Assembly: GCA_013239625.1 (NCBI GenBank)
Contig: MU057356.1
Coordinates: 23,749,182 to 23,813,181, forward strand
Direction of reading: 5' to 3'
Source: Lama guanicoe
Taxonomy: Eukaryota
DNA: 64,000 bases
Position numbers and translations under genes: made by a program. This document shows positions 1-12,430 of this stretch, in pieces. Below the pieces are notes generated by a model. The model ran no database searches. It was not told where the DNA came from and saw only the letters and a program-made list of their open reading frames with translations. Numbering within the stretch: the first letter of the stretch is position 1; each line of letters starts with the position of its first letter.

Positions 1-89
1 TTCACCGGGCGGTTGGCGGAAGTGAGGCGGCCAGGGCTGGAGGGGCCGGTGGCCTGCACGCTCTGTAGTCGAGTTTGAAGCTCCCGAAC
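1..89 (-). CDS. MCC: MCC coding exon, 5' part only (truncated by window start): VRELQTRLQSVQATGPSSPGRLTSANRPV
   Basis: Acceptor tgttatttcag (CAG at 92-90). Continues the frame of exon 16304-16510. Confidence 0.95.
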
Positions 90-1095
90 CTGAAATAACA
101 ATGCCTTCAGACACAGTGGGTGGGTTTCCCCACCAAAGGGCAAAACAGCCAGAAGGCTGGAGGGCAGAGCTTTCATTATGGTAAGAAATCAGCTTCACTG
201 AAAGGCTAAGTTGGTTGAAGGTAAAATGTACCGTGCTCTTAAAACAGACCCGCCGCTGGCTGGCCGGCATCTGTTCTTCACAAGAATGAGGGGAACACGG
301 TTCTTAAGGCACTGGAACTATGGGCAGAAGCAGAATGACCACCTTTAAGGGATGTTTATTCCTTCGTATGCCTGATACCGTCTTAGGCATAAGAGAGAGA
401 ACCAGGAGGAAATCCGTACTCGCGTGGAACTCAGAGCTCAGAGGAGGGAGACAATGTCAACACACGTGCACGTTCCTGCTGTAAATATCCATCCAGAGTG
501 CAGGAGGCAGAAACGGGGAAGAGTGAGGCCCGCTGGTGAGCGGAGTCTCACAGGTGCTCAGGGTTGCAACGGACCAGATGAGTCAGGGGCTGGCTTTGGT
601 GGTGGGGTGGGGAGAAGAGCCTGGATGACACGCTGTGTTTGAGGAACTACAAGTTACTCCGCACGCCTGGTGTGGGAGCGAGACCTGCATGGGAAGAAGG
701 TGAGGGTGAGGTGATGAGTTGAAGACGCACCCACAGTTTCTCCCCAAGGGACTTGGAGATGGGATTACCCCAGGGACAGTGGGAAGGAACATCTAAATAG
801 CACTTCAGTATAAAGAAATACAGGGCCCCTTCAATCACACAGAGAACACACGTTTACCTACAAGGCATTTAAATGTCCAAATCCTGCTTCTCTGTGGTTA
901 CGGCTCACTGACTTCCAGAGAGAATTATTCCAAGTAAGTGAGGAGAGTTGTTAGAACTGATCTGACGACCTTGGTCACAGTTTCATCATTGTGTACCATG
1001 TCTGCCTGAAAGGGCACACCAACTGCAGCACCCAAGTGATCTTACGAACGGGCACCAGGCCCCACTGGGAAGAATTAGCGCCGGCACATCTCAGG

Positions 1096-1275
1096 CAGGG
1101 TTTTCCAAACTCATCAGTGCACCAGGATGTCCCAGAAGGATGTTAACCCACGAAGTCTAGGGCACCACCTCCAGGGATTCTGACTGGCAAGAGGAGACGA
1201 AGCCCAGGAACCTGCAAGCTCCAGGAAGATGCTGACACAGGTCCCGGCCAGGGGCTCACCTGGAGCAGCAGTGGG
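1096..1275. mobile_element. MER5-like hAT-Charlie DNA transposon fossil
   Basis: Begins cagggttttccaaact, has internal ccacctccagggattctgac and cccaggaacctgca, ends in a cagtgggcta-type terminus. Heavily diverged. Confidence 0.55.
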
Positions 1276-2522
1276 CTAAGGGATGCCAAGGCCACATGGC
1301 ACTTTAGTCCCCGAGACAGAAGGAGCGGAGCTGCACCCCCACCATCCCTGACGCCAACCCCTTCTATGCCAACCCTTCTCTAAAAGCGACTGGAAAGCTT
1401 TTCATATTAAATATGTTGGATGTCTCCATCCTGCTAACTTGGGAACCGAAAGTAATTGAAATTTCAATAATTCATCAGCGTATTAGAAGCCAAAATAGGA
1501 AAATTCCCTCAGAGCAAACTGCACTCAATGGTGAAACCGCTAAAAAGTGCCTAAATGCTGGCTCTCTGCGGCTTCCAGTAACTGTGGGTTAACAGAAACG
1601 TGTGTTGCCCTCAGAAAGCGCCAGCACAGGGCTGCCCTCAAAGTGGTTTAAAGATGAGAAAAACACATGCCTGTCAAAGTCAAGTGGTACCGCTGGTGAG
1701 AGATTACAGGGCTCATTCTGGAATGGTCCCCGCAGACTGGGCCCACTCTCCCATCAGGCCAGCTCCCTGGCACCAGGGAAACCACCCTGGTGGGGACTGT
1801 GGATTTCAGTTTCTGCTGCTGTGGAAGTCTGATGATCAACAACATTAACCCCACTCCCAGATCTAAAGAGTGCCTGAATCATTCCGCAGACTATCAGTGG
1901 CCTGGTGTTCCTAGCATCCCAACTGGGCCCCTCATCTCACTTAAAAAAAAAGTACAAATGGCCCGGGTGCTACACAAAAACATCATTAAAACTACCTACC
2001 CGTGTTACAAAAAAATGTTTCTTCTATTCACTAAAGTAAAACATGTCCATCGTGGAAAATTTAGATGGCACTGCAAAATGAAAACAGAAAAGTACCTATG
2101 TTCTTTCTGATTATACTGAGGCCACAGCTTCTAGTCATTTTCCATGGCGTGTGTGTGGATGGGCATGCGTGCTTAAAATGATTTCTAAATCTAAATACCC
2201 ACTTTCATTTTAAAAGCTTTGGGCTCAGAGAACGTCTTTGAACACCAAAGGATGATAATCATGTTTATTTTGGTCTGTACTTTATTATTTAATGATAATT
2301 GTTAGGCAGTGGAGAGAGCCTGTCATGGAAAGAAAGAGAGACAACTGGTTGAGTTAAACGATCTTCTCTCCCCTCTTGCTTGGGAGGTGGAATCTTAATT
2401 GATTTAAATGAAAAAAATGCACAGAAATGAAGGCTGCAACCAATCTGTCGAGTCAGCTTAGGTAAGTCTTAGGAGAAGGGAGGCAGACAGCTATTGGAAT
2501 CCTCACTTTTATTCTTACCCAT

Positions 2523-2920
2523 TATAGTAAGTTGAATTGTGTCTCCTCTCAAAAGATACATCCAAGCTGTGACATACCAGTGAATGGGACCTTATTCTGA
2601 AATATGGTCTCTGTAGATGTAATTAAATTAAGGATCTCAAGATGAGATCACCCTGGATTTAGGGTAGGCCCTCAATCTAAAGATTGGTGTCCTTTTAAGA
2701 AAAAAGACACAGACACAGAGCAGGAAGTCATGAGAAGATGGAGGCAGAGATGGGCCACAGGTTAAACACCACCAGGAGCTGGAAGGGGCAGGAAGGATTC
2801 TTCTTAGAACCCCTGGAGGAAGCGCAGCTCTGCCAACACCTTGATTTTGTAGACTCCAGGATGGTGAGAGAATAAAATTTTTGGTCTTATGTCACCAAGT
2901 TTGAGGTAATTAACTAACAT
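2523..2920 (+). mobile_element. MaLR solo LTR (MLT1A/B-like)
   Basis: Hallmark motifs gttgaattgtgtc, gatgtaattaaattaaggatctcaagatgagatcaccctggatttaggg, gaagatggaggcagagat, ctgccaacaccttgatttt, gagagaataaa. Confidence 0.85.
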
Positions 2921-3643
2921 ACCCATCTTTCACCAAAAATAATTTATTAAAGAAAGTGTATTTCTTTCAACTGAACGTGTGGTTTGGAGTCAGGGGAGAG
3001 CAGGGAATCACAGCAACCCCATGCCAGGAATCAATCCTTGTGGGACGGTCATTCATCACCTACAGCTTTCCTCAACTGGAGCCCTTCAACAGCGGGACAC
3101 AGAACGTGATTTCAGGGGCCATCTTCTCATTTCTCCTAAAGTGAGTATGTAGCCAGTCCCCATCCAGAGGTCCGGGAGAGAAGTTCGTCTGCTACATACA
3201 CTGGAGGCCTGGCCGAGTCTTTTAAGACTCTTGTCTCTGCAGGGGCTCAGAGCCTCATCAGACATCTCGTGACACGTACCCTGAGAGCAACAACAAGAAG
3301 CAGGGCCAGCGCGTGAACAAAGCCTCACTCTGCCTTCCCAGAGCAGGGAACGCCGGGCTTCAATCTGGAGGCGGAGGAGCTGTTTAACAGGCATGTGAGG
3401 ACAAAAAGGCATGGGGGGCTCTGAAGGGTTCAAGGAAGGAAATGACCGTGAAATACTGGAACTCTGCCTACACCTCAATGACTTCCCAGCGAGAGAAAAG
3501 GGCTTTACAACATCGTTTGATTAGAGAGAGAACGGACTGGAGCAGGGAAGAGAAAGGAAGTGAGTCACAGCTGCAGGTGAGAGGTGATGACGACTCCGAC
3601 ACTGTTAGAGAAGTGGGAGCAAAACTGGCAAACACCCACCAGC

Positions 3644-3839
3644 CAGCATCGTCCAACAGAACTCCCTGTAACAACGGGCATGTTCCGTAGCCCCACCGTC
3701 CACTGTGGCAGCCACAGCCACGTGCAATGTGCCCACTGTACCCGAGGAACTTCATTTTCAATTTACTCTATTTTAATTAATTTAAATTCAAACTTAAATA
3801 GTTGTATGTGGCCAGTAGCTACTCTGTTGGTCAATGCAG
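3644..3839 (+). mobile_element. MER3-like hAT-Charlie MITE, near full length
   Basis: cagcatcgtccaacagaac ... ttttaattaatttaaatt ... atgtggccagtagctac ... ttggtcaatgcag, with imperfect terminal inverted repeats. Confidence 0.8.
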
Positions 3840-3859
3840 TTCTAGAACGATATGAGAAA

Positions 3860-4130
3860 GTCCAAAGACACCCAGACTTGTGGCTGGGATGACTTAGCGG
3901 ACCATGGTACTGCTCAGCAAAATGGGGAAAACATGAGAAGAAGCTGATTTTTCAGGGGTAAACAAAGATGTCAACTTTGGACACGTTGAATTTGAGGAAA
4001 CCACCAGATGTGTGCAGAAGGATATCCAGTCAACAAACAATTAGAAATATAATCTGAGGTAAGGAGATCAGAACTGGACGCACAGGTGAGCAACGTGGCA
4101 CGTGGATAAGGCTGCCAAGGGAAGAGGTAC
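3860..4130 (-). mobile_element. L2 LINE fragment
   Basis: tttggacacgttgaatttgagg and neighbouring motifs typical of antisense L2. Confidence 0.55.
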
Positions 4131-4398
4131 CACAGTGCGGGTGGAAGGAGAGTCTACGCAGCTGCTCGGGTCCAAGGGTCAACTGAGGACAGAACAAAGG
4201 GGGAGCTTTTGCTCTGGGAGAGGAAGAAGAGGTGAGGGGAGATAACAAGAAAGGTAAGCTTCTTTGGAGAATGAGGATAGGAACCAGGAGGGCTCTCGTC
4301 TGATGACTTCTGTTTCCCTTAGAGAAGAGAGTTAAGGTCCTCTGCTAGGACAGAGGGAAGGAAAACAGCTGTCAGAAATGAGAAAGGAAGCTGACCTC

Positions 4399-4498
4399 TA
4401 AAGAGAGAGAAAAGGAGGGAGAGAGAGAAAGAAAGAAAAGAAAGGAATAAATAAAAAAAGAAAGAAAAGAAAGACAGATGGAGGGAGGGAGAAAAAAA
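4399..4498. repeat. Purine-rich low-complexity tract (AAAG/GA/GGA)
   Basis: Directly visible. Confidence 0.9.
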
Positions 4499-6061
4499 GC
4501 TTACACAGCAACACTGAGAACTTAGCTGAGCTCTTTCATTCTAGACAGTAGGTTGTGTAAATGCATGTTTTTTTTTTCAAACCCTGGAGACCTCATGAAA
4601 ATAGTAGTGAAGAAAAAGAATCAAAACCATAACAGTGAAAAGAATGTGCTTGGGGCATTAGCAGAAAGAAGATCTGGGCAAATCCCTTAAGGGCAAAGTG
4701 GAAGGAAAAGTATTGAGGAAAGAAACACAATGGAAAAAGCCAAATTCTATAAAATACACAAGAAGAGGTGGCCAGTCGACCCAGAAGACGGTTGGCAGGG
4801 TTTAGACTCAGTCTTGGCAGATAGGACGAAGGACAAGAACGACAGTGGGGCTGAAAACAGGAGGAGTAACTGTCTGTATACAGAGCAAGTGAAGATTTCC
4901 AGCATGTGCCAGCCTCAGCTAAAGTCAGCAGGCACTCCTCCTATTAAAAATGTATAGAAATGCTGCAAAAAAGGAACAATGAGAAAGAAATTCACTGCCA
5001 AGGTTAAAAGAAAGAAAGTAAAATCTCCAGGTGCCAGAAATGAAGTGAAAGTAAGGCTAGTGAGGTTAGGAAGGCGGTGGTGCTGCAGCAGCCGTGGGAG
5101 TGGAGAGCCGGGCAGGGTCCGGCAGGAGAGGGACAGCGACCCTGCAGGTCAGGCTGTTTGAGGGGATCCTCCCGCATAAAGCCTGGAGCCTTCCTGCCCC
5201 GCCCACCTGTGAGAAGTGGACAGACAGCGCCGCCCTGGAAGCAGAAAGAAGCCCTCGGCTGAGCAGAGCCCTTTCCTGAGCAGGGTCAAGCCCAGGAAAT
5301 CAACATCTCAGACCCGTGACGCACTTGGGTGTGGAGTCCAAGTTTATATGACCTCCTACTGCAGGGCCCCGATCTTAGAAATTAACGGTGAAAACCTGCT
5401 GCCACAGAGACCTAATTGGGAAACCACGCGATATCATTAAGGAATAAGAAGAGACTTAAACCTTGCATGACTGGGAGCCCAGGACCACGGAGCCACCAGA
5501 CATGGAGGGGTGACCGCAGAGAGCGGAGGTGAGACAAGAGAGCCAGCGGTCTATGTCAGGAGGTAAATTCACCGGAGAAGTTAGAATAAGGCAAACAGTA
5601 AACTGCGTCATGACAAATATGTTTAGGGTCCTTAAATAGATAAAAAGGGGTAATTTCCATACAGAGTAAGACATTATGAAACAAAAATAGGCAGGTATCA
5701 AACAAGAATAGGTAGATGAGAAAAAAAAGCCTGTGGGAAATGAAGTCAATGAAATAAAATCAATGTACAGGTCAAGCTCTAGACTGGATAACACTGGAAA
5801 GAGAATTAGTGAACAGGAACATAGCACGGAGAAATTAGTTCACAACACAGCACAGGGAGCTCAAGAGACAAAATAGGAAGGTGTCACTGAGAGTTATAAA
5901 TGATCTTTGGACGTTCCAACACACTTTTAAAGGTATTCCAGAGGACAGGAACACAGAAAATGACAGGAAAACAATATTTGAAAAGAAAATAGGTAAGTTT
6001 TCCAGATGTAGAGACCAACCTAAGTCCTGAGACGGAAGAATCATGTTAGGTGCTAAGTACT

Positions 6062-6560
6062 TGTGGCAGTTTTTAGGTATGTCTGCAAATTCTTCGATAT
6101 TTCTTCTATCAATAGTGGAGTCCTATTCCCCTCTCCTTGCATAGGCCTGGCCTGAGAGACTGTATCTGGTAATCAGAATGCAGGAGGAGTAACACAGTGT
6201 AACTTCCAAGGCTAGGTTAGAAAAGGCAATGTAATCTTGCCTAGTCTCTCTTGGGATGCTGCCCTTACAAGCCAACGCTCTGCGATAAAGAAGCCCAGAC
6301 CACTCGGAGACGATGCTTGTGGGTGTTCTGACCAGCAGTCCCTGCTAAGGTCCAGACGACAGCTAGCCTCCCCCACCAGACATAGGAGCAAGTAAGCCTC
6401 GAGATGACTCTGGCCCTGGTCACCATCTGACTGCAGTCACATCTGAACCTGAGAGAGAACTGTCCACCAGAGCCCAGTCATCCTCAGAACCATGCAGATA
6501 ATAAATGATTGCTGTTTTGGGTCTCCATGTTTGTGGTGGTTTGTGCTGCAGCTGGTGCTA
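6062..6560 (+). mobile_element. MaLR solo LTR (MLT1G/H-like)
   Basis: tgtggcag start, acttccaaggctagg, ccatctgactgca, gagcccagtca, ataataaatgattgctgtttt. Confidence 0.8.
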
Positions 6561-6823
6561 GCTGGAAGAAGATGAAAAAACTGCATATCTAGGAACACTG
6601 TGGTGCGAACAAAGAGGGAGGGCAAAGGATAATGAGAGAAACTTAAAGCTGTCTGGTAGGGGAGAGAGATGCCTTAGGCCCTGAGGGCAGGGGTGTAGGA
6701 CTGTTTCACTCACTACTGTATTCAGCATGCTGAACAGTGTCTGACACAGTGCCAGTCTCAGTATAATCTTGAATATCGCTAAGTGAAACTGTCACCTGAA
6801 AATCCAATACCTAGCTAGGCTAC

Positions 6824-7088
6824 TATAGAATGCTGAGTAATGGCCCCAAAGATGTTCACACCAAATGCTGGGAACCTGGGAATGCGCTACCTTACACGGC
6901 AAAAGGGAATTTGCAGGAATGATTGGAAAAGGCAAGGAAGCAGAGCCGGCCAAGAAGGAACACAGCCTTGGTGATAGTGAGAGAGAGACACTGCAGACTT
7001 CTGACCTCCAGGACTGGGAGATAATCAATCCGTGTTATTTTTATCCACTATTTGTGGTAATTGTTACAGCAACAATGGGGAGCTATCC
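6824..7088 (+). mobile_element. MaLR LTR (MLT1D-like), internally deleted
   Basis: aatggccccaaagatgttcac, accttacacggcaaaagggaatttgcag, gacttctgacctccag, tttgtggtaattgttacagcaacaat. Confidence 0.75.
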
Positions 7089-10000
7089 ACTGATCATCAA
7101 GAGTGTGGGCAAAAATAAAGATATTCTCAAAGACTAAGAATTAATCACCCACAGACCTTTGCTGAAAGAACTTTTTAAGGATACACGCTTCTCAGTAATA
7201 AGCAAACTAAACCTGGAAAAAGAATTGGGTAAAAAGAATAGTGATAACCACAAAAACTGGGGATGCAGGGACAGAAGGACCCTTCCCACGCTGCCTGTAA
7301 GTGGACGGACGGGCTGGCCAGCCTGGAAAGCCGTACTGCAGAATCTGGTCCAAGTCAGAACACACGCACCACCCCAAGACTCCGCAACCTCACTCCCAAA
7401 CAGGTGTTCCAGAGAAATGCCCGCACAGGGCCAAGGAGGGCGTGCACACGGGAATATGCCCCGGGGCACTGTTTGTGGCAGTGGGAAGTCTGGATGTCCC
7501 GCACAAGAGATGTGGTGGGGACCACAACACAACTCTAGGAGGCCATTAGACCTCGTGCATCCATGGCAACATGAACAGACCTTAAAATCAGAGTGCTGAT
7601 GGGTGAAAGAGAAAGAAGCCTACAGCACCACACGATTGACGTAAATTAAAAACAGCACACAAAGCACTGTGCATAAGGACACACATCAAATGGGGCGAAG
7701 GGACGGAGAGAGAAAAGGAATAAATACATTAAGAGGGCCTTTCCACGGATCAGTGAGTGTCCTTTAACGGTGATATAATTAGCTTATCTCTCTGCCCTGC
7801 AGGCCAAATTAAAACAAAGGAATGAAAGAAAGTAAATAGGAAGATGGGGGCTCAGGAGCATAAGAGACCGGGCAGAGCCAGAGACTGAGATGCTGGTGAT
7901 GAGCAAGAGCCTGGTGTTAGCGCTGTCGCAGACAGACGTCAGATGTCGGTGGGGTGGGCACAGAGCAGGGCTTCCAGACAGCGGGCCAGTTCCCCCAAGA
8001 GTGAGGTGAGATCAAGTGTGAGCAGAGCCAGCTCCTGGCCCTTCACTCCCCCAGGACGACGAGTCCACTGAAGAAGTCATCTGGGAACGTGGTCCCCAGA
8101 TGAGTAATAGGCAGGAAAGAAAGGGGGCACCAGAGGCCCCAGTAGGATGAGAAACATTATTATTAGCCATAAAAGAACCAGTCTGTTCCACTGATGTTAC
8201 GCAGCAGTGTTCACTGGGTAGCTGTAATTTCAGGCAATTAGGTTGTAATTCATAATTTCGCTGTGTAATGGAGCTGGTTGTGAGGAGAGGATTTCTACAC
8301 CGTAGAGGGCTGAGATTCACTGGGCCGGAAAAGTTCTACTTAATGAGTCTGAGGCAGTTAGTCCTGCGTAATTCTCAGAAAGCTGCCTCCTCAAAGTTCA
8401 GGCTCAGTGAGTGTTTTGCAGAAAACCACATCCTCCCATCGGAGATCTTTTAAGACTTGGAGCCCTCCAACAGATGAGAAATCAGAATTTACTTACAGGA
8501 AAGATATATTCGTTCCTCTAAGTGTTATTTGTTTCAGCAATGAAATATTTTACTGTCAGTGGCTATTCTGAGTTGGCTGAATCAGAAGAGGAAGAGATCA
8601 CAAAACAGACAGAGAACAAACCCAGCATTTCCAGTCCCCAAAGATGTGACAGGTGTACTGCTTTCTCCCTTGTTCTACAGCCGGCTAAAGAACCTGGACC
8701 AGATTATCTACGTGGTTGTGTCAGGGAAAAGGTCAGAGCTTTGGCTGTCTTCCTAGTTTCTTACTAGCTTTCCAACAGATGGAGTCAGCTATTGCTTTAC
8801 AGCCAAGAGCTCACCTTTGCACAGCCTGGCTTCCTCCCAGGAGCAGAGGCTGGAGAAGGGAGACCGGCGATGGATAAGCAGACACTGGTGCCCACAACTA
8901 AAGAGGCTGCCTCACAATTTCTATGGCACAGATGTGCACGAAGCCCTTTTAGAGTCACTGGAACTATTTCCAAAGAAGATTACGAAAAGAATCATAGTTT
9001 TGAGGGTTCTCTGCCTTGGAATGCACTTAAAACTTCCTTGAACTACAGAGAAGACGGGCGACAGGTTTTGCCTATAATGCTCCTCCGCTGGGCTCAGATC
9101 AGGATAAATATATGCACAAATAGCTTCTTCTCTATGAAACAAACTTACTTTGCTTCACTTTGTGTTGCTTTGGAATGCTGGAACACTGATCTGTGGAACC
9201 CTAAGGAATCTGGCCCCTGTGCTACTATAACAGAGGATGTTTCACTTCTGGTCTGTGTGGGAGCAGGAGATGAAACAGGGAAAGGAAAGGAGTTCAAACG
9301 ATAGAACAGTGAATGCTGCATCCCATGCTAAGGTTACCACTGCCCAGGTTCTGGTGCTGAATTAACATCAGCATAGACCACGACTATCACACTCCAGTGG
9401 GCCTCGGATTTCTCATCTCTAAGAACAGTATTTCAGTACCTCTCGTAAAATTCTAGCACAGATTAAAATGATATGTGCATAAATCACTGCTCATTACAAG
9501 TAAATGCTCAAAACACGTTCCGTGTTATAATTCAGACTCTACGCCCTGCTTTGCCTTCAGAGGTATCTATTTTATAGTTCAAGAGGTATATGTTTAGTTT
9601 GAAAATGTCCAAAGAATGTTAATGCTATCAATATTATTAACAGGTCCTTAAAAATAAACTATCAAGATTACACTGAAAAAAAAATGCATTGGTGGATGGC
9701 ACCTTGTAAAACTGTCTACTTTCCTTCATCGGATGAGCACGGGAAGCTCTCCTCTGTGCCAGGCAACGCCTCCTCGCCCTTGGATCCCCAGCATGCCCAC
9801 ATCCTGCCAGATTCTAGGATGAGCACACCCCTCTCCACACTCCCTCTTATAGCGCATGTGACCCTGGTGAGTGGTCAGACAGGGTTGAGAACCCCTCCTC
9901 TTTCAGATGCAGGGCTCATCACTGCCATATTGTGGCTCCTGGAGGAGTGGGCCAGGTGTGAGTAGACAGTGCCAGAAGGGCTGTGGTTCTCTCTGTTTTC

Positions 10001-10324
10001 ACTCCGCCTGTGGGGAGAGAGGTAAAGATGCCTGGAGAGGCTCTTAGAACCCACCCAGTGGGGAAATGAAGGACACTGCCTTCCCCTTCCTGTCCCAGCG
10101 CTTGCTGGGATCACACTGGGGAAGGGTGCTAGGGTCCTAGACCCCATTCACCAATTCATTGGCTCCTGGAAGGGCCTGGGTGTCTGGCCTTTGAAGAGTT
10201 TCCCAGTGATTCTGACACACAGGCTAAAAGCTACCAGGAGGGATGCATGAAACCGCCTGCTCCTCTGGCACCCTGATGCATGTCCAGGTCTATCTCATGT
10301 CACACTCGAAGCAAATACATCAGC

Positions 10325-10661
10325 TGTGTTAGGAACATTACTGCTCAACAAATAGCCATGTGCTCCTTCACATTTCTCAGCCCCTCTACAGTTACAGACA
10401 TCTGTCTAGTTCTGGCCAACAGGTTGTGAGCAGAAGCATTCAGGTATAGGGGTGAGTCTCTTCAAGGGATGTTTCAGGTAATGGGTTATCGCTAGCCTGG
10501 GTTCCTGACTGCGTATTCGGAGCAGAGTTGTGCTCACCTACAAACTAGCACTGGATATGCAGTGCAAGCTGGAAATAAGCTTTTCTGGTGTGCCATGCCC
10601 CTGAAACTTGAGAGGAGTGAGTTTGTCACTGCTGTATAACCTATCCTCATCTGGACTAATA
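10325..10661 (+). mobile_element. MaLR LTR (MLT1I/J-like)
   Basis: ctcagcccctctacagtta, tagttctggccaac, gtgagcagaag; 3' end gaaataagcttt ... gactaatac. Confidence 0.6.
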
Positions 10662-12129
10662 CTCCAGTCACACAAAAGAAGAGCCACCTGGGACTCTCGA
10701 ATTGAGGCAAGAGGAGAACGCTGAAGCCAGACCCCCTTCCTCTCAGCTCTCCACTGCAGGGCCAGACTGGTGCTGGCCATGTTACAACAGGTACCTTTCT
10801 TTTAAATAAAACTTTTATGAATTTAAACTTAGCTAATATTGGCATCTTCTTTCTCATATAAAGAAACTCCTAAGAGGAAATGGAACAGATAAGATATGAA
10901 CAAATTTCCATCAAGGACAAGAGAATAACTGCTTGTGTATGGATATCAACTTGTTAAGGCTGGGAGGTACACATCACTGCCCATAATCCATGCTCTATTT
11001 TTTGTTTCTTCAATTTGAAAATTAAGGAAGAGTAAAAAGAAAAAAAAAGCCTATCCTTTCACTGCCTAGACTTAGCCTCTTAATACTTCAGCATATTAAC
11101 TCCCTTTCTATTTCTAGAACACTATAGAAATGTTCAAGTACCCTCTGACCTACACTCGAAGGTACTCACTACTCCCCTCTCCAACTACCAAGAGATTGGT
11201 TTATGTTGTTCTGGCCTACTTTAAATACTCCTGCACATACGCATACAGAGTTAATGCAAATGTGTACACATATAAATTCATACTAAATAGAATGTACTGC
11301 TCTGCAGTCATGCATTTTCAATATACAGACACTGGGTCAAGAAAGGTATCATGGAGGGAGAGGCAGACGGTGAAGAGCTCACATGAGCTAAGGCCAAATA
11401 AGGTGAAGCGGAGATAAAGCTTTATTTAACCTACATAAGGTCACAATAATTTCACTTCCAGAAATATCTCCACTGCTACTGATTTTTGGTTAAAAATATC
11501 AAAGTGACACTGACGTAGACTGTAACGGGAGATAATTCAGGCAAAGTGAATGGCTGCTTCGGAGACAGACCCGGCTCTGGTCACCTCAGTATAATGCTAT
11601 ACAGCTTAACTCCCAGTAGGGGTATATATTATACATATAGCCTAAAAGTAAGTACATATTATCAATGGATTCATTACTAGAAAGAAGTATGTAATAAAAC
11701 GTATGGTCAGCCTTCAAGGTCATTACTCTTTCTAAGCAGATTCTTTCATTTAATTTGGACTCCTCTTTCCAACCCCTTAAACATGAACACAGATCGCCAA
11801 GTGCTCTTGGAGATAAGGTGAGTAAATACTGAAGGTGGATTCAATGTGGTGTTCAGAACCAGTGCAGTATTTAGAAACTGGCACCGATGGATTTAGAACT
11901 AATGGCTCTAGGGGTGGAGGTGGGCCCTGGGATCATGTAAGGGGATGCTCAGTAAACGGGAGTTCATGGGATGGGCGCATGCCGCACACCTGACTGAGCA
12001 GGACAGAGCCGGACCCCTCACACCTCCGAGAGCCCTCCTGCAGGAGAAAGATGCAGGCAGTCACACTGCAGCACCACCATCCTGTCAGACTCACAAACTG
12101 AAAAGTGGCCAAAGGATATCAGCCTGATC

Positions 12130-12430
12130 TCCCTGAAGAAGCAGGAACTGGGAAGAGTTCAACCACACAGCCAGTGATCCAATCAATCCCGCTTACATAA
12201 TCAAACCCCAATGAGAACTTTGGGTCCTGAAGCCTGGGTGAACGTCCTTGGCTGGCAATACTCAGTGTGGTCACAGGTTCCAGCACAAAGGAGGTAACAG
12301 CATGCGGGACTCACGGCGAGGAGAGAGCCGGAAGCTTTCTCTGGGACTCTACCAGACTTCACCTGTGCCTTTTGGTTGGTTCACATGTGTATCTTTCTGC
12401 TATAATAAAACTATAATCACAGATTCTTTT
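12130..12430 (+). mobile_element. ERVL-class LTR fragment (MER21-like)
   Basis: gagttcaaccac ... aatcaatc ... ctgaagcctgggtga ... ggctggcaatactc ... gctataataaaact. Confidence 0.6.

Larger units (their letters stand above)
4530..7720 (+). mobile_element. Ancient L1-derived element with ORF1 remnant joined to an L1 3' end without ORF2 (HAL1-like), interrupted by two MaLR LTRs
   Basis: ORF1 coiled-coil-type remnant at 5570-6050. ORF1 C-terminal remnant (...ELITHRPLLKELFKD) at about 7130-7190. L1 3'-end-like sequence follows at about 7300-7720. Confidence 0.6.

Noticed and set aside
8792-9304. 170-aa ORF, and similar long ORFs at 27125-27652, 45457-45978, 28516-28992 and 30012-30488
   Set aside because: No recognisable domain, several use non-ATG starts, no retrogene hallmarks, and lengths are plausible by chance in 64 kb across six frames.
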